Part shown: positions 48,451-60,030 of the stretch, one piece after another
How positions within the stretch are numbered: position 1 is the stretch's first letter
Layout: every line of letters starts with the position of its first letter
Assembly: GCF_006345805.1 (NCBI RefSeq)
Contig: NC_043005.1
Location: 98,952,001-99,016,000 of the forward strand
Length of the DNA stretch: 64,000 bases
DNA from: Octopus sinensis
Lineage: Eukaryota
Direction of reading: 5' to 3'
Notes under the pieces: model-generated
The model's input: the letters and a program-made list of their open reading frames with translations, nothing else
The model's database searches: none
What the model was told of the DNA's origin: nothing
Position numbers and translations under genes: made by a program

Positions 48451-49000
48451 ATCATAAGAATATTTTTTGGTAAATATGAAGTTGATGTTACTTAGAACTT
48501 ATTGCAATATTGTGAATATCTACAGTTGCTTAATCTGATAGAAATAGCAGTCAAGTCTCCCTACTATCTTAAAAGAAACCCAGGCCACATAGGATAAGGT
48601 AATCTTAGATATGTTATATCTGACAAACAAATGACATGATGGTCACAATGGAGTGTCTGATCATAGATCTGGATAAAGGCTGATATACAAACAAAACAAT
48701 AACTTTTGCTTATGTCAAGGGATAAAACAACTAAACAAAAACTGGAAGAGAGTTCTAGCACAATCTCTTAAGAATTGGTGAATCCCATACCTGAATAGAT
48801 TATTAGAGAACTACTAAAGACTTCCTATTTATGTAGTATATCTAGGGGACAAGTCAACTGACCCCGAATACAAAGTCAAGACGGCATTCAAGCTAAAATT
48901 GCAGGAGTTAACTCAGCAAGTCAGAGAAGCATTTGCCAGTTTTGGGAGTACTACTACTGTATCTAGCACTGAGTTATTGCCACTCTGGGGTACCTATTTT

Positions 49001-50184
49001 GAGTGTAGGTCAACCACCCCACCCCACCCCAGGACAAAACCCCTATAGTTAAAGTGCAAAAGTGGACAAAACCCCCTTGGTTACATTCTTTTGGTTATTT
49101 TTCGTTTCAGTCATTAGACTGTGGCCATGCTGGGGCACCACCTTGAAGAATTTTTAGTTGAACGAATCGACCCCAGAATTTTTTTTTCCTTTTCACTTGT
49201 TGCAGTTATTTGTCTGTGGCCATGCTGGGGCACCACCTTGAAGAATTTTTAGTTGAATGTATCAACCACAGAAATGTTTTAGATGATTTTCAACCAGCAC
49301 ATGAAGTTAAGTCTGAAAGGTCTCTTCATATGCTAGAAACAGCAGTCAAATCTCTTTAATTTCTTTTTATAATTTCACGTAAACAAAAATGGAAATCACG
49401 GTTCCAATTTTTTAGTAAACAAAAATATACTCAATCAAAAATAAATAAGTAGGAACACAAGACTCTTTACTACTCAAAGTACAAATTGATTGAAGTTTAA
49501 CAAAATGGGAAGTAATATGATAATGCAATTCTGGTATACAGGGCTCAGGTGCAGCACAACTTGTCAAAAGTGCATATAAAGTATATGCAGTAATGTGCAA
49601 ATGTCTGGGAAGTGAACAGTATATGAGTCAGATACATGCTTGTGTGTGTATGGAGGGGAGAAAATCAGGTGTAGTGTTGGCGAATCTCAGGAAGCATGGA
49701 AGTTTTGAAGGATGCAGAGCTCCGACAACTAACAACCGATGCCGGCAGTTTGTTCCATGCTTCAGCAACTATTTTCTTCAAGAAATGTTTGAAAAGATAG
49801 AAATAATAAGTATGTTTGAATGACCAGCACTCCACTGACCATAATTCTATTAGACCTTCAACAGCTGGAGAAAGTTCAAAAGGTCAGATCATTCTGATTA
49901 ATCTCTAAGTGCAGAGAGGAGAAAACAAAGACTTTAAATTTTAAAATGCTGATTTTTCTGCAACAAAAAATTCTTCAAGGCAGTGATCCAGCATGGCCAC
50001 AGTCTAATGACTGAGACAAGTAAGAAAATAAAGAAATTCTGGGGTCGTTACTGAAACAAGTAAAAAAGAGACAAAAAACCGAAATATAATCAAAGAATAT
50101 TACTGACGGGGTTTTGTCTGAGGTGACTTTCTCCTGTGGTGGGGTTGACCTAGGGTAGTTCTAGGGAGGGGTTGTCTGGATCCC
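49001..50184. mobile_element. Old MULE-like nonautonomous element with nested SINE/LINE fragments
   Basis: 9-bp direct repeat ACCTATTTT at 48992-49000 and 50185-50193; inverted subterminal motifs AGGTCAACC/GGTTGACCT and GACAAAACCCC/GGGGTTTTGTC. Confidence 0.5.
49575..49790 (-). mobile_element. CR1/L2-group LINE 3' end
   Basis: Minus strand reads IVAEAWNKLPASVVSCRSSASFKTSML, matching the RV..WN.LP C-terminal motif. Confidence 0.7.
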
Positions 50185-50311
50185 ACCTATTTTACAACTA
50201 TATAGACTCTACCTATAGAGGAGTGTCATTACTGGAAACGGAAGAGGAAATGATAAATTCTCAGTAATTAGTTGACATCCCATTGACTCAACAACACATG
50301 TATGTTCGTTT

Positions 50312-50379
50312 GCCAGATAACTGAAGAGATGGCGGCGTGGATTTCCACCTCAGCATCCGAAACTCAGTTTTATCATGGC
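50312..50379 (+). ncRNA. Type I hammerhead ribozyme candidate (Penelope-like end)
   Basis: GCCAGATAA-CTGAAGA-GATG..GTGG-ATTT-CCAC..CATC-C-GAAAC-TCA-GTT-TTATC(A)TGGC. Confidence 0.6.
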
Positions 50380-50488
50380 TACCAAATAATTGTCACATAT
50401 TATATTTACAGATAAATTCCTCTATTTACATAATATCAAGGTCTCTTTCATTCTTTTGTTATATTACCATTTTTATCTATCTATCTAT

Positions 50489-50557
<69 letters not shown>

Positions 50558-51608
50558 ATATACTATCCAAAGAAAGTATATTAAGTAACATTTAACACTT
50601 ATTATCTCAAAACAATACATGTCCCACAGAGATTGGAACCATTCTGCAGATAAACAGAAACTATAATAAAATGCCATTTGTAACTGGATTCTGACTTAGA
50701 AGTCAGTGAAGTTAATTCTTTGGAAAGTCAGAACCGTATTTGCTTCATTCTTCGTTGTTGTTCCAAATTCTGTATCTTTTCATGCTCTTCTTTCTTTCTT
50801 TCCTCATATCTCGCATTCTTTCTAGAATATGCCAATGCTAACCCTCTCCAGTCATCATCATCTTCTTCTTCTTTGTTGCCGTCATCATCGTCATCATTAT
50901 CATCGTCGCCGTCGTAGTCATTACCATCATCATCATCAACCCCGTCACAACCACCAGCACCGCAACCACCACTGCTGCCACGACTGCCACCACCACCACC
51001 ACCACCTTGCTGCCATTGTTGTCTTTGATATCTTTGTTCTTGTCATTTTTATTGTTGTCATCGACATTGTTGTCGTCATCATCATCTTCATTTATGTTGT
51101 TATCTCTTTAGTTTCAGTACAACCGGTAAATTACTGACAATAAAACAACAAGTACAAAAACAAACACCACACCACCACCAACACAACCCCCACCACAACT
51201 GCATTCACAACAGCCACCACAACCAATACTGTGACAATCACTGCAACCACAACCAGCATGACACTTACAACACAACTGCAACCACCACAACAATCACAAC
51301 TGCAAAATAGCAACAACAACAACAACAACCACTGATTTTCAATTGACTTAACAAGTGTTAGATATTCTTTTTCCCTTGAAATCAACCAAACAAAAATAAA
51401 AATAAAAAATTAATAAATCATAGAAACATACGAAAAACAAAAATAATAGAAAAATATGAAAAGAAATATAACAAAAAGAAAATGGAGAAAAAATGCTTTA
51501 TTGAAATGTTCCTGAAGAAAATCAGTTGAGATAATTGAATTTTTGGGATTTATCTGCAACTAAGGTACTTTATAGACATTCATATGTGTGTGAGTACATA
51601 TGTGTGCA

Positions 51609-51662
<54 letters not shown>

Positions 51663-51958
51663 GGAGTGTGTGTACACACACATGTACGTATGTGTATTGA
51701 TATATATGTGTGTGTGTATGTGAATATTTGTCTACATAACTATGTATGCATATATGCATATGCTTATGTGTGTTTTTGTATGCACACATACAGACATATC
51801 TATCTATATTCTCTCTCTCTTCCTTTCTCTGAATGTATATATGTATACGTATGCATATACATACATATATACACATATATATGTCTATAAGTATGCAAGT
51901 ATATATATAAATGTATCATCATCATCAACATCATCGTCGTTTAACATATACATACATA

Positions 51959-52008
<50 letters not shown>

Positions 52009-52334
52009 TATGCACACACACACACCCATATACACACAGAAGGAGAGAGAAAGACAGATGGATATATATATATATGTCGATAGACCTAGATACATAGACA
52101 GATACACACACACACACACACACATACACATTATTTTTTTACTTCCCTCTCATCCTTTTCCCAAACATTAGTCAATATTCTTCTGTTTGTTGATTTTTTT
52201 TTGTTTAATTTTTCATGTTTTCTTGTCCCATTTATTACTGTTGTTGTTGTTTTAGATGTGCATATCTCATTCTATGCCATTACCTTGCTAACTTCTCGAC
52301 AAGAGCGAGTGCAGAGGCAGAATGAGGCCTGCTT

Positions 52335-52378
52335 TGATTAAATGTTTTTGATGGATGGATCCACGTGAAAATAAATCA
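52335..52378. promoter_or_regulatory. Candidate enhancer: Pbx-Hox and E-box motif cluster
   Basis: TGATGGATGG (52349-52358), CACGTG (52362-52367), ATAAATCA = TGATTTAT on minus (52371-52378), TGATTA (52335-52340). Confidence 0.3.
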
Positions 52379-54105
52379 AACAAGGGTTCTTGAATGAGGA
52401 GGGAAGGCCAACGGAATGGCAGAATCAGAAGAAAAAAAACAAAACACAAATTTTATAGATAGATTATCATAAATATTCAATAGATTTTTGTCTTTATATA
52501 TATATATTATATATATAGAGAGAGAGAGAGAGAGATATGTATGTATGTATGTATATATGTATGCATGTATGTATATATATGTATGCATGTATGTATATGT
52601 ATGTATGTATGTATGTATCTATGTATGTATATATATATGTATGTATGTAATTCAGTTTCTTTTTTGATTTTCTTTGAGATTTGGCATCACTTTAAAAATG
52701 GTAAGAAAATCTCTGAGATGGAATTTAGATTCAAAATCACTGTACTTTTCAGCTGACAAGTGCTGGTTAGAAGTTGGAATGGTAGAATGTTCGATTATAT
52801 TTAACAAATAATGTGTAACAAATAAAAACTCTGTGTTTCTAAGATAATTTTTGTAAAAGAAAAACAAACTAATGCATAGTTGTTTGTTACTGACCCCACC
52901 TTCCTCTTGAATTTTCACATCTGTGAAGGTTCAAATAGCTTGAACCAAAAGTTTAACTTCATCACGAAACCAGGATGCTGCTGCTGTTGTTGTTGTTGAT
53001 GTTGCTGTTAATGATGTTCATGTTGTTGGTGTTGTTCATATTATTGTTATTGATATTGTTGTTGTTATTGATGTTTGTTTTGTTTAGCCCAAGCTCAACT
53101 CTAAATCGAATATGTGCTATGTTCAAAGGCATTCCAGCAAGGTGTACTACTTCTTGGGGTTTAGCCCAAAAGGCAATACTAATTAACCCTATATTGTTAC
53201 CATATTTTTATTGAAATCCTCTGCTTTTGTGTCAACTAAATTTTAAAATTAATGAGAAGACTTGGCAAGCTCAAGTGAGACCATAACCCATGGCCTATGC
53301 CAGGGGTGTAACCAACCCACTTATGCGTACCTTTCCTTCATTGGACACTAAACTCTGCTTGCGAAGACCTGTTCAGGCAAGTCAAATCGAAATCAAATTC
53401 GATGACTGGCAGCCGTTGCTAGTCGAATCACCTTACAGATAGATATATTTCATGAAAATGCTTTTTGTTGAACTCATTGATTGAGATTAGCAAATTTTAT
53501 TGCAATATTTTCGCTGTCAGGTCTTTCTTTGCTTACAGTTACGACAGAAAACTGTAACTCCATCATTATAGTTACACAACCGAAACTGCAGTTACATCAA
53601 ACTGATTGACACTGTAGTTGCATTGTAACAAGTGATACTGTAGTTACATTGTCACATGTGACACTATAGTTATATCGCATGAAACATCATCATCATCATC
53701 GTCATCGTCGAATTCGTCATCATCATCACCACCACCACCACCACCAACATTGTCATCATCATCATCGTCATCGTCATCATCATCGTCATCATCATTGTCA
53801 TTGTCATCATCATCATCATCACCACTTATATGCGCTTTTCCACATTGACATAAGTTGGATGAGTCATCAAAGTTGGTTCTTTTTAGGGGTTTCTGGCTTC
53901 TGAGACAAAGCTTCAATGACAATCTCTTCCCCATCATCCCATTTTTTTTCTTTTTACTTGGTTTCCAAGATTGGATCCTCTTCTTTTAATCAAATGCAAT
54001 AAAATGCACCCAGGGTATTCTCAGTACATTTTATTGTGGCACTAGCATTAGTGTGTGGTCAATTGACTTGTTAGAAAAAGCAGTCAAATCTCCTCTATAT
54101 CTTAT

Positions 54106-54336
54106 TTCTTTATTGCCCACAAGGAGCTAAACATAAAGGGGACAAACAATGACAGGCAAAGGGATTAAGTCGATTACATCGCCCCCAATGTGTAACTGGT
54201 ACTTAATTTATCAACCCTGAAAGGATGAAAGGCAAAGTCGACCATGGTGGAATTTGAACTCAGAACGTAGTGGCAGACGAAATACTGCTAAACATTTCAC
54301 CCAGCGTACTAATGTTTCTGCCAGCTCCTCGCCGCC
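54106..54336 (-). mobile_element. SINE family B, Tx1-tail variant
   Basis: Reverse-complement copy with the tgtttgtcccct tail. Confidence 0.88.
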
Positions 54337-54477
54337 ATATCTTACTTCATATCTCCTCCATATCTTACTGTCTTAAATAATGAAATGACCTAAGATAATG
54401 TAGTCCCAGACATCTACTGTCTGGGACTACATTATCATAGAGTTGACCTATGATCATAGGGTTGACCTATGAGGAGT

Positions 54478-54686
54478 AGGTAGTAAGCTGGCAGAATTGT
54501 TAGCATGCCAGGCAAAATGCTTCGTGGCATTTCATCTGTCTTTATATTCTGAGTTCAAATTCCACCAAGGCCAACTTTTCCTTTCATCCTTTCAGAGTCA
54601 ATAAAATAAGTACCGGTTGAGCACTGGATCACTCTAATCAACCTATGCCTCCCCGAAATTGCTGGCCTTGTGTCAAAATTTGAAAG
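54478..54686 (+). mobile_element. SINE family B
   Basis: Family motifs. Confidence 0.88.
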
Positions 54687-55007
54687 CAATGTCATGTGTG
54701 AGGAGGTAACTAGAGTGTCACATGTGATGATGTAACTACAGTATCACATGCAACGGTATCGTATATGATAATACATGTCAATTATGAACTTACATGTCAA
54801 TTTATTATGCTGTAACTAGTCTCACCTGTGATGATGTAACTAAAGTGTCAGTTATATGGTGTCCCTTAAAACAGGGGTCTCCAACCACCTGACTACAAAC
54901 CAGTATCGTCCTGTGGACCTTTGGTGCCATGTAGCACAAAGAATAAATTCTAAAATTTTGTTTGTTTTATTGACCGTGGTTGTCTGCTGGGTATTCTTGT
55001 ATTATTT

Positions 55008-55221
55008 ACAAGGGTGAGCAAAAGTAGGTATATAACTTCTTAATATGAGTGGAATGTTCTTTTCATTCCCCTATGTTCTTTTTCAGGTAAGTGATTCATA
55101 AATTGACTAACGGATTAGTGGGAGATCCCTACTTCACTGGAAGCTCTCTTTTATGATTTCTTGGGAAAAGAACATTCCACTCATATTAAGCAACTGTATA
55201 CCTACATTTGCCCACCCCTGC
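55008..55221. mobile_element. Tc1/mariner-like MITE
   Basis: About 55-bp imperfect TIRs CA(A)GGGTGAGCAAAAGTAGGTATA...GAGTGGAATGTTCTTTT. Confidence 0.75.
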
Positions 55222-55530
55222 ATGGATTATACATGTAATATTCATGTATAATATATTTAGCAATTAATTTATTGTGTTCTTCTTATCTGCTGGTGTGGTA
55301 AGTAGCTTGCTTACCAACCACATGGTTCTTGGTTCAGTCCCACTGTGTGGCACCTTGGGCAAATGTCTTCTACTATAGCCTTGGGCCGGCCAAAGCCTTG
55401 TGAGTGGATTTGGTAGACGGAAACTGAAAGAAGCTCGTCATATATATATATTCCTGAGTGCTATACTAATACATCTGTTTGTTTTGTACACCACCTGCCT
55501 TCGTCTTTTGTTTATTTTCATAAACTTTCC

Positions 55531-55578
<48 letters not shown>

Positions 55579-55779
55579 ATATGTTTGTGTGTCTGTTTGC
55601 TGAAGACCATTGAAATATTTGTGTCTATTGTTGATGTTGTTTAACCCTAGGTCAGCTCTGATAAAACACATTCCAACCATGACCATCCTGTCGTTTTGTA
55701 TATTTAGGACAACTATAACAAAGTGTCTGTCCTTCCCTTGTTAATACCAGCGATCAGAGAGGGATGCGGCTGAATATTA

Positions 55780-57026
55780 ATGGTGGTGGTGGTAGTAGCG
55801 ATGGAGTGGTGGCAGTGGAGGTGGTCGTCGTAGTGGTGGTAGTGGTGGCAGTAGTAGTAATAGTGGTAGCGATATCGGTGGTGGGGGTAGTTATATTTAT
55901 AGCCTCCTATTAGAGACCATCTCATTCCTCTGTCTTCTTTCAATATTCATTTCTCTTATTCCTCCTCCTCTCTTCCTTCTCCTTCCCTTCCTCCTCCTCC
56001 CTTTCCTTCTCCTCCTCTCTCTCTTTAGCTTTATTCTTTAGTTCTTCCTCATCTTTCTTCCACTCACCTTCTTCTTCCCCGTTCCCTCCCCCCTCCTAAT
56101 TAAAGAATTAAAAAAAACGGTCAATTGCTTTGTTATTGCTACTATTCTTGTTGTTGTAGATACAGCTATTAATGTTCTTGCTGTTAATGTCACTGTGTTT
56201 GTTTGTTTTTTTCTTTTTTTTTTGTATCCTGATCATCACAGCTTGCCAAAATGGACATTAGACCAGATTTTGAAGGGGCTTCATTGCTATTGATTTTGTT
56301 CCTACAATTGTTGTTGTTGTTGTTTTTTATTGATGTTGTTATTGATGTTTCTGCTGCTGTTTTCTGTTATTATTGTTTTTGGTTATGTTGTTGTTGATGT
56401 CCCCTTAAAAACTACAACAGCTTGTGCAAACGGTCATTACACACTGTTGTTGTTGTTGTTATTACTGTTGAGACCCACTGAACCTGTGATAACATGATAG
56501 GAAAGCAAATATCAAAGTTATGATCCTATTGTTTTTGTTGTTGCTGTTGTTGTGAATGCTAACAGATGTCTGTTAGAGTAAGGTTGTCAGTCGCATGACT
56601 AAATGATGGAAGATCTGGATATACCAGATCTGTGTTGCTCCAGATGTACCACACCAGTAACCAGGTTGTTTAAGCATCATTTCCTTTATTCAGTTTGCTG
56701 TTCTTTAACCCTAGGTCGATCAAAGCCATTCCAACCATAGCCACCAAGTAGATGTCTGGGACTACACTATCTAAGGGCGTTTCCTTACTTAAGACAGTAA
56801 GTTTGGAAGAGATTCAACTGCTCTTTCTAACAAGTCAGTTGACCACACATTGGCTTTCTCTCTCCTTTGTTCTGGTAGTGGTAGTGATGGTGGTGGTGGT
56901 GGTGGTGGCGGTAGTGGCAGCAGCAGTGGTGGCAGTGGTAGAGGTGGTTATGGTGGTGATGGCCACTCAGGTAGAGTTGCTACCTCTAGTGACCTAACAT
57001 AGAGTTAATAACATCAATATTGCTGC

Positions 57027-57063
<37 letters not shown>

Positions 57064-58930
57064 TGTGAATAGCGTATGTATGCACGTATGCTTGCTTGTT
57101 TGAATAAACTGAGGATGAAGGCACGTGGCTAAGTGGTTAAAGTATTCAGCTTATGATCATAAAGTCATGAGTTCAATTCCCAGACCGGACTGCATGTTGT
57201 GTCCTTGAGCAAGACACTTTATTTCACGTTGCTCCAGTCCACTCAACTGCCAAAATTTAGCAGTACCTGTAATTCAATGGGCCAGCCTTGTCACATTCTG
57301 TTTCACACTGAATCTGCCTGAGAACTATGTTAAGGTCACATGTGTGTCTGTGGAGTATTCAGCCACTTGCATGTTAATTTCACTGGCCAGCTGTTCTGTT
57401 GATTGGATCAATTGGAACTCTCGTCGTAACCGACCAAGTGACAGATAAACTGAGAAGTCAGGAAGAGTATTCGAAGGATGTCATTGTTATTTAGCCCCAG
57501 GTCAGGCCTGATTAAACAGAACTATGATCAAAGCCTTTCCACCATGACCATCTCATCTTTTTACCAGACATAATGATTGCCCCATTATGTAGTGTGCCAT
57601 TCTTTTCTAAGAAATATGATGTAAGCTAGGAGAGATTTGGCTGCTATTTCTTGCCCACTGAACAGCTACTTAGGAGATCTCTTGTTGGTTTATTACTGCA
57701 GCAGAATGGTTGTGTAACAGTATTCTGGGGATGGTATGGTTGGTAGTGGTGGTGGTTGATGTGTGAATGTAGCAGTGGTGGGGGTGGGGTGGCGTTGGAA
57801 TGTCCCTGGGCATGGTGTTGGCTTGGTGGGTGTCATTGGTGGTGGTAGTGGTGGGGTGTTGCGGGAGAGTGATGTCGTGGGTGCCGCATGTAGGTATCGA
57901 TTACAATGGTGATGTAAAGGGTTGTGTTGGTGTTGGTGGAGTGGTGATGGTGATGGCAGTGTATGTGCAGGTGCACCCCACCTCACATATTATGACAGAG
58001 ATTGCATAGATTGCAACTGACAACAACAACAACAACAGTGTCCCTCCAATGTCCAGGTATTATATATATTTGTTTTTTAAATACTTTTATTTTATAGTTT
58101 GGGCAGCGATGTGCATGAAGGCGGTGTGTTTGGGTGGTGGTGGTGGTGGTGGTGGTGTGTTTGGGTGTAGTCAGTGAGGTATGCTATGCTCTGCTCTTTG
58201 TAGTTTGTTGTTGCTGTTATTTCATTTTGTTTCAACACAGAAACATGTGTTGTTGCTGGTGTTATTGCTAATGTTGTAGTTGTCGTGGTGGCTCTGCTTT
58301 TCGTTATTTTGCTTATTGTTGTTGCTGTTGTTGTAGTCAATGAAGTTATTGTTGTTGTTTTTTGTACTATTGCTGCTATTGTTGTTGTGGTTACTGATTG
58401 CCATTGCTGCTGATGTAGTTGTTGTTGTTGATGGTGGTGGTGGTGATTTTACTTCGGCTGCTACTGTTATTGCTGTTGTTTTTATTGTTGTTGTTGTTGT
58501 TCTGTCCCACAACAATACGTGCTGCTATCTTTGAATAAAAACAGACATTAAACTGACAACAATCTGAACTTGTTTTTGCTGTGGATCTTGTTTTATACAA
58601 CGGCAGCACTGATAAATGAGCATTAAACCAACATTAACGTTCTTGCTGCTGCTGTTGTTATTGTTGCTAGAGTTGTTGTAGTTGTTGTTGTAGTTGTTGT
58701 TGTTGTTGTAGTTTTAGGCATCACTGTTATTACTGTTGCCAGTTGTTTCTTTTGAAATTTTTGTAGTTTTGATGTGTGGCTTGAGTGGCAAATATCACAG
58801 ATTACAAACCTCACCCTCACCTAAATCTCTCCCCACTACTCTCTCTCTCTCTCACTTGCCTTCACTGTCATTCTGTGTATTTTTTTTTTCTGTATTTTCA
58901 ACTCTCTTTCCCTCTCTCTCTCTATCTCTT
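55780..58930. repeat. Dense field of degenerate trinucleotide microsatellites (GGT, GTT, CCT) with unique islands
   Basis: Direct inspection. Confidence 0.9.
57113..57440 (+). mobile_element. CORE-like tRNA SINE family D
   Basis: GGCACGTGGCTAAGTGGTTA head, GAGTTCAATTCC B-box-like motif, GTGTCCTTGAGCAAGACACTT core. Confidence 0.8.
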
Positions 58931-59475
58931 TAGCTCACCCTCAACCTCCCTTTGTAAATCTTTGGTTAAAAATAAAGATCTAAGGGTGGAACAAATAAAA
59001 GAAGTTGTTTTCACATTTGGAGCTTTTCTGTCAGCGGGAAATGTTTGAAGTTGAGAAGATGGAAAAAAAAATGAGAATCAAATAAATAAAAATAAAGCAT
59101 TAATAAACCTATAAATACACCACTGAACAGTTTCAAAGAAATGACACAAACTAGGGATGCATAAAAATATTCTTTTATGCACAACTGTCCAACCCATGTA
59201 AAAATGGACATGAAATGTTGTGGTTTATAGTCAATGTGAGCGACAAAAATACACACACCTACATAATCTCCATCTATTTTCTATTTTCTAATTTATAGAC
59301 ATAGCAAACTGTTGATCCACCAACGTAGACTTCAAGTGTTCAATGTAACAACCAAATTTCCCTCAATAAAATTCCTGCAATTTGTAAAAGTATAACTTCA
59401 TGGTTTCACTCTGAAATTGAGTGAGAGCGGGGGTATCTATATGGACACTTGACCTATTTTGAATTGCATCAAAAT

Positions 59476-59795
59476 CAGTGGTTCTCGACCAGGGTCCATT
59501 ATAAGATTTTTGGGGTCCACGTTAGCAAAATAGTAAATTGGGGACCCACAATAATATTTTAAGGGTCCATGAAAACTTTTGATTTAAATGCATTTATTGC
59601 AAGAAATGGTGAGGTTTCTTTCCTTAAAGTTTTACGTAGTTCGACCTAGACAAGTGAATATATGAAAACCAAAATAGGAATTTTAAAAGAAGTATGTATA
59701 AAACTAGTTTTTAAATATTGAATGGCTATGGGGGTCCATCAAGATAAAATAGTTATCAAATGGACACACAGATAAAAAATGGTTGAAAACCACTA
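59476..59795. mobile_element. hAT (Charlie-like) MITE
   Basis: TIR CAGTGGTTCTCGACC / GGTTGAAAACCACTA; imperfect 8-bp TSD ATCAAAAT / ATTTAAAT. Confidence 0.75.
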
Positions 59796-59828
59796 ATTTA
59801 AATCTTCCACTAATCACACCCTGCCATC

Positions 59829-60030
59829 TTAACCCTTTAGCATTTGGATTATTCTGTCAAATGTAATGTATATTTATTTATATTGTTTTGAATTAATTAT
59901 GTATTAGCTTGCAGCTACAATATTTCAGTGATGTAATTGTCTATTTCTAGAATGACATTATGGGGTAAGTGTGAACCTAAAACAGGTAAAATATCTGGGC
60001 TGGATATGGCCGGTTTAAATAAAGAAAAGT
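59829..60030. mobile_element. piggyBac-like MITE
   Basis: TTAACCCTTTAGCATT left end; same family as 15049-15276. Confidence 0.7.
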
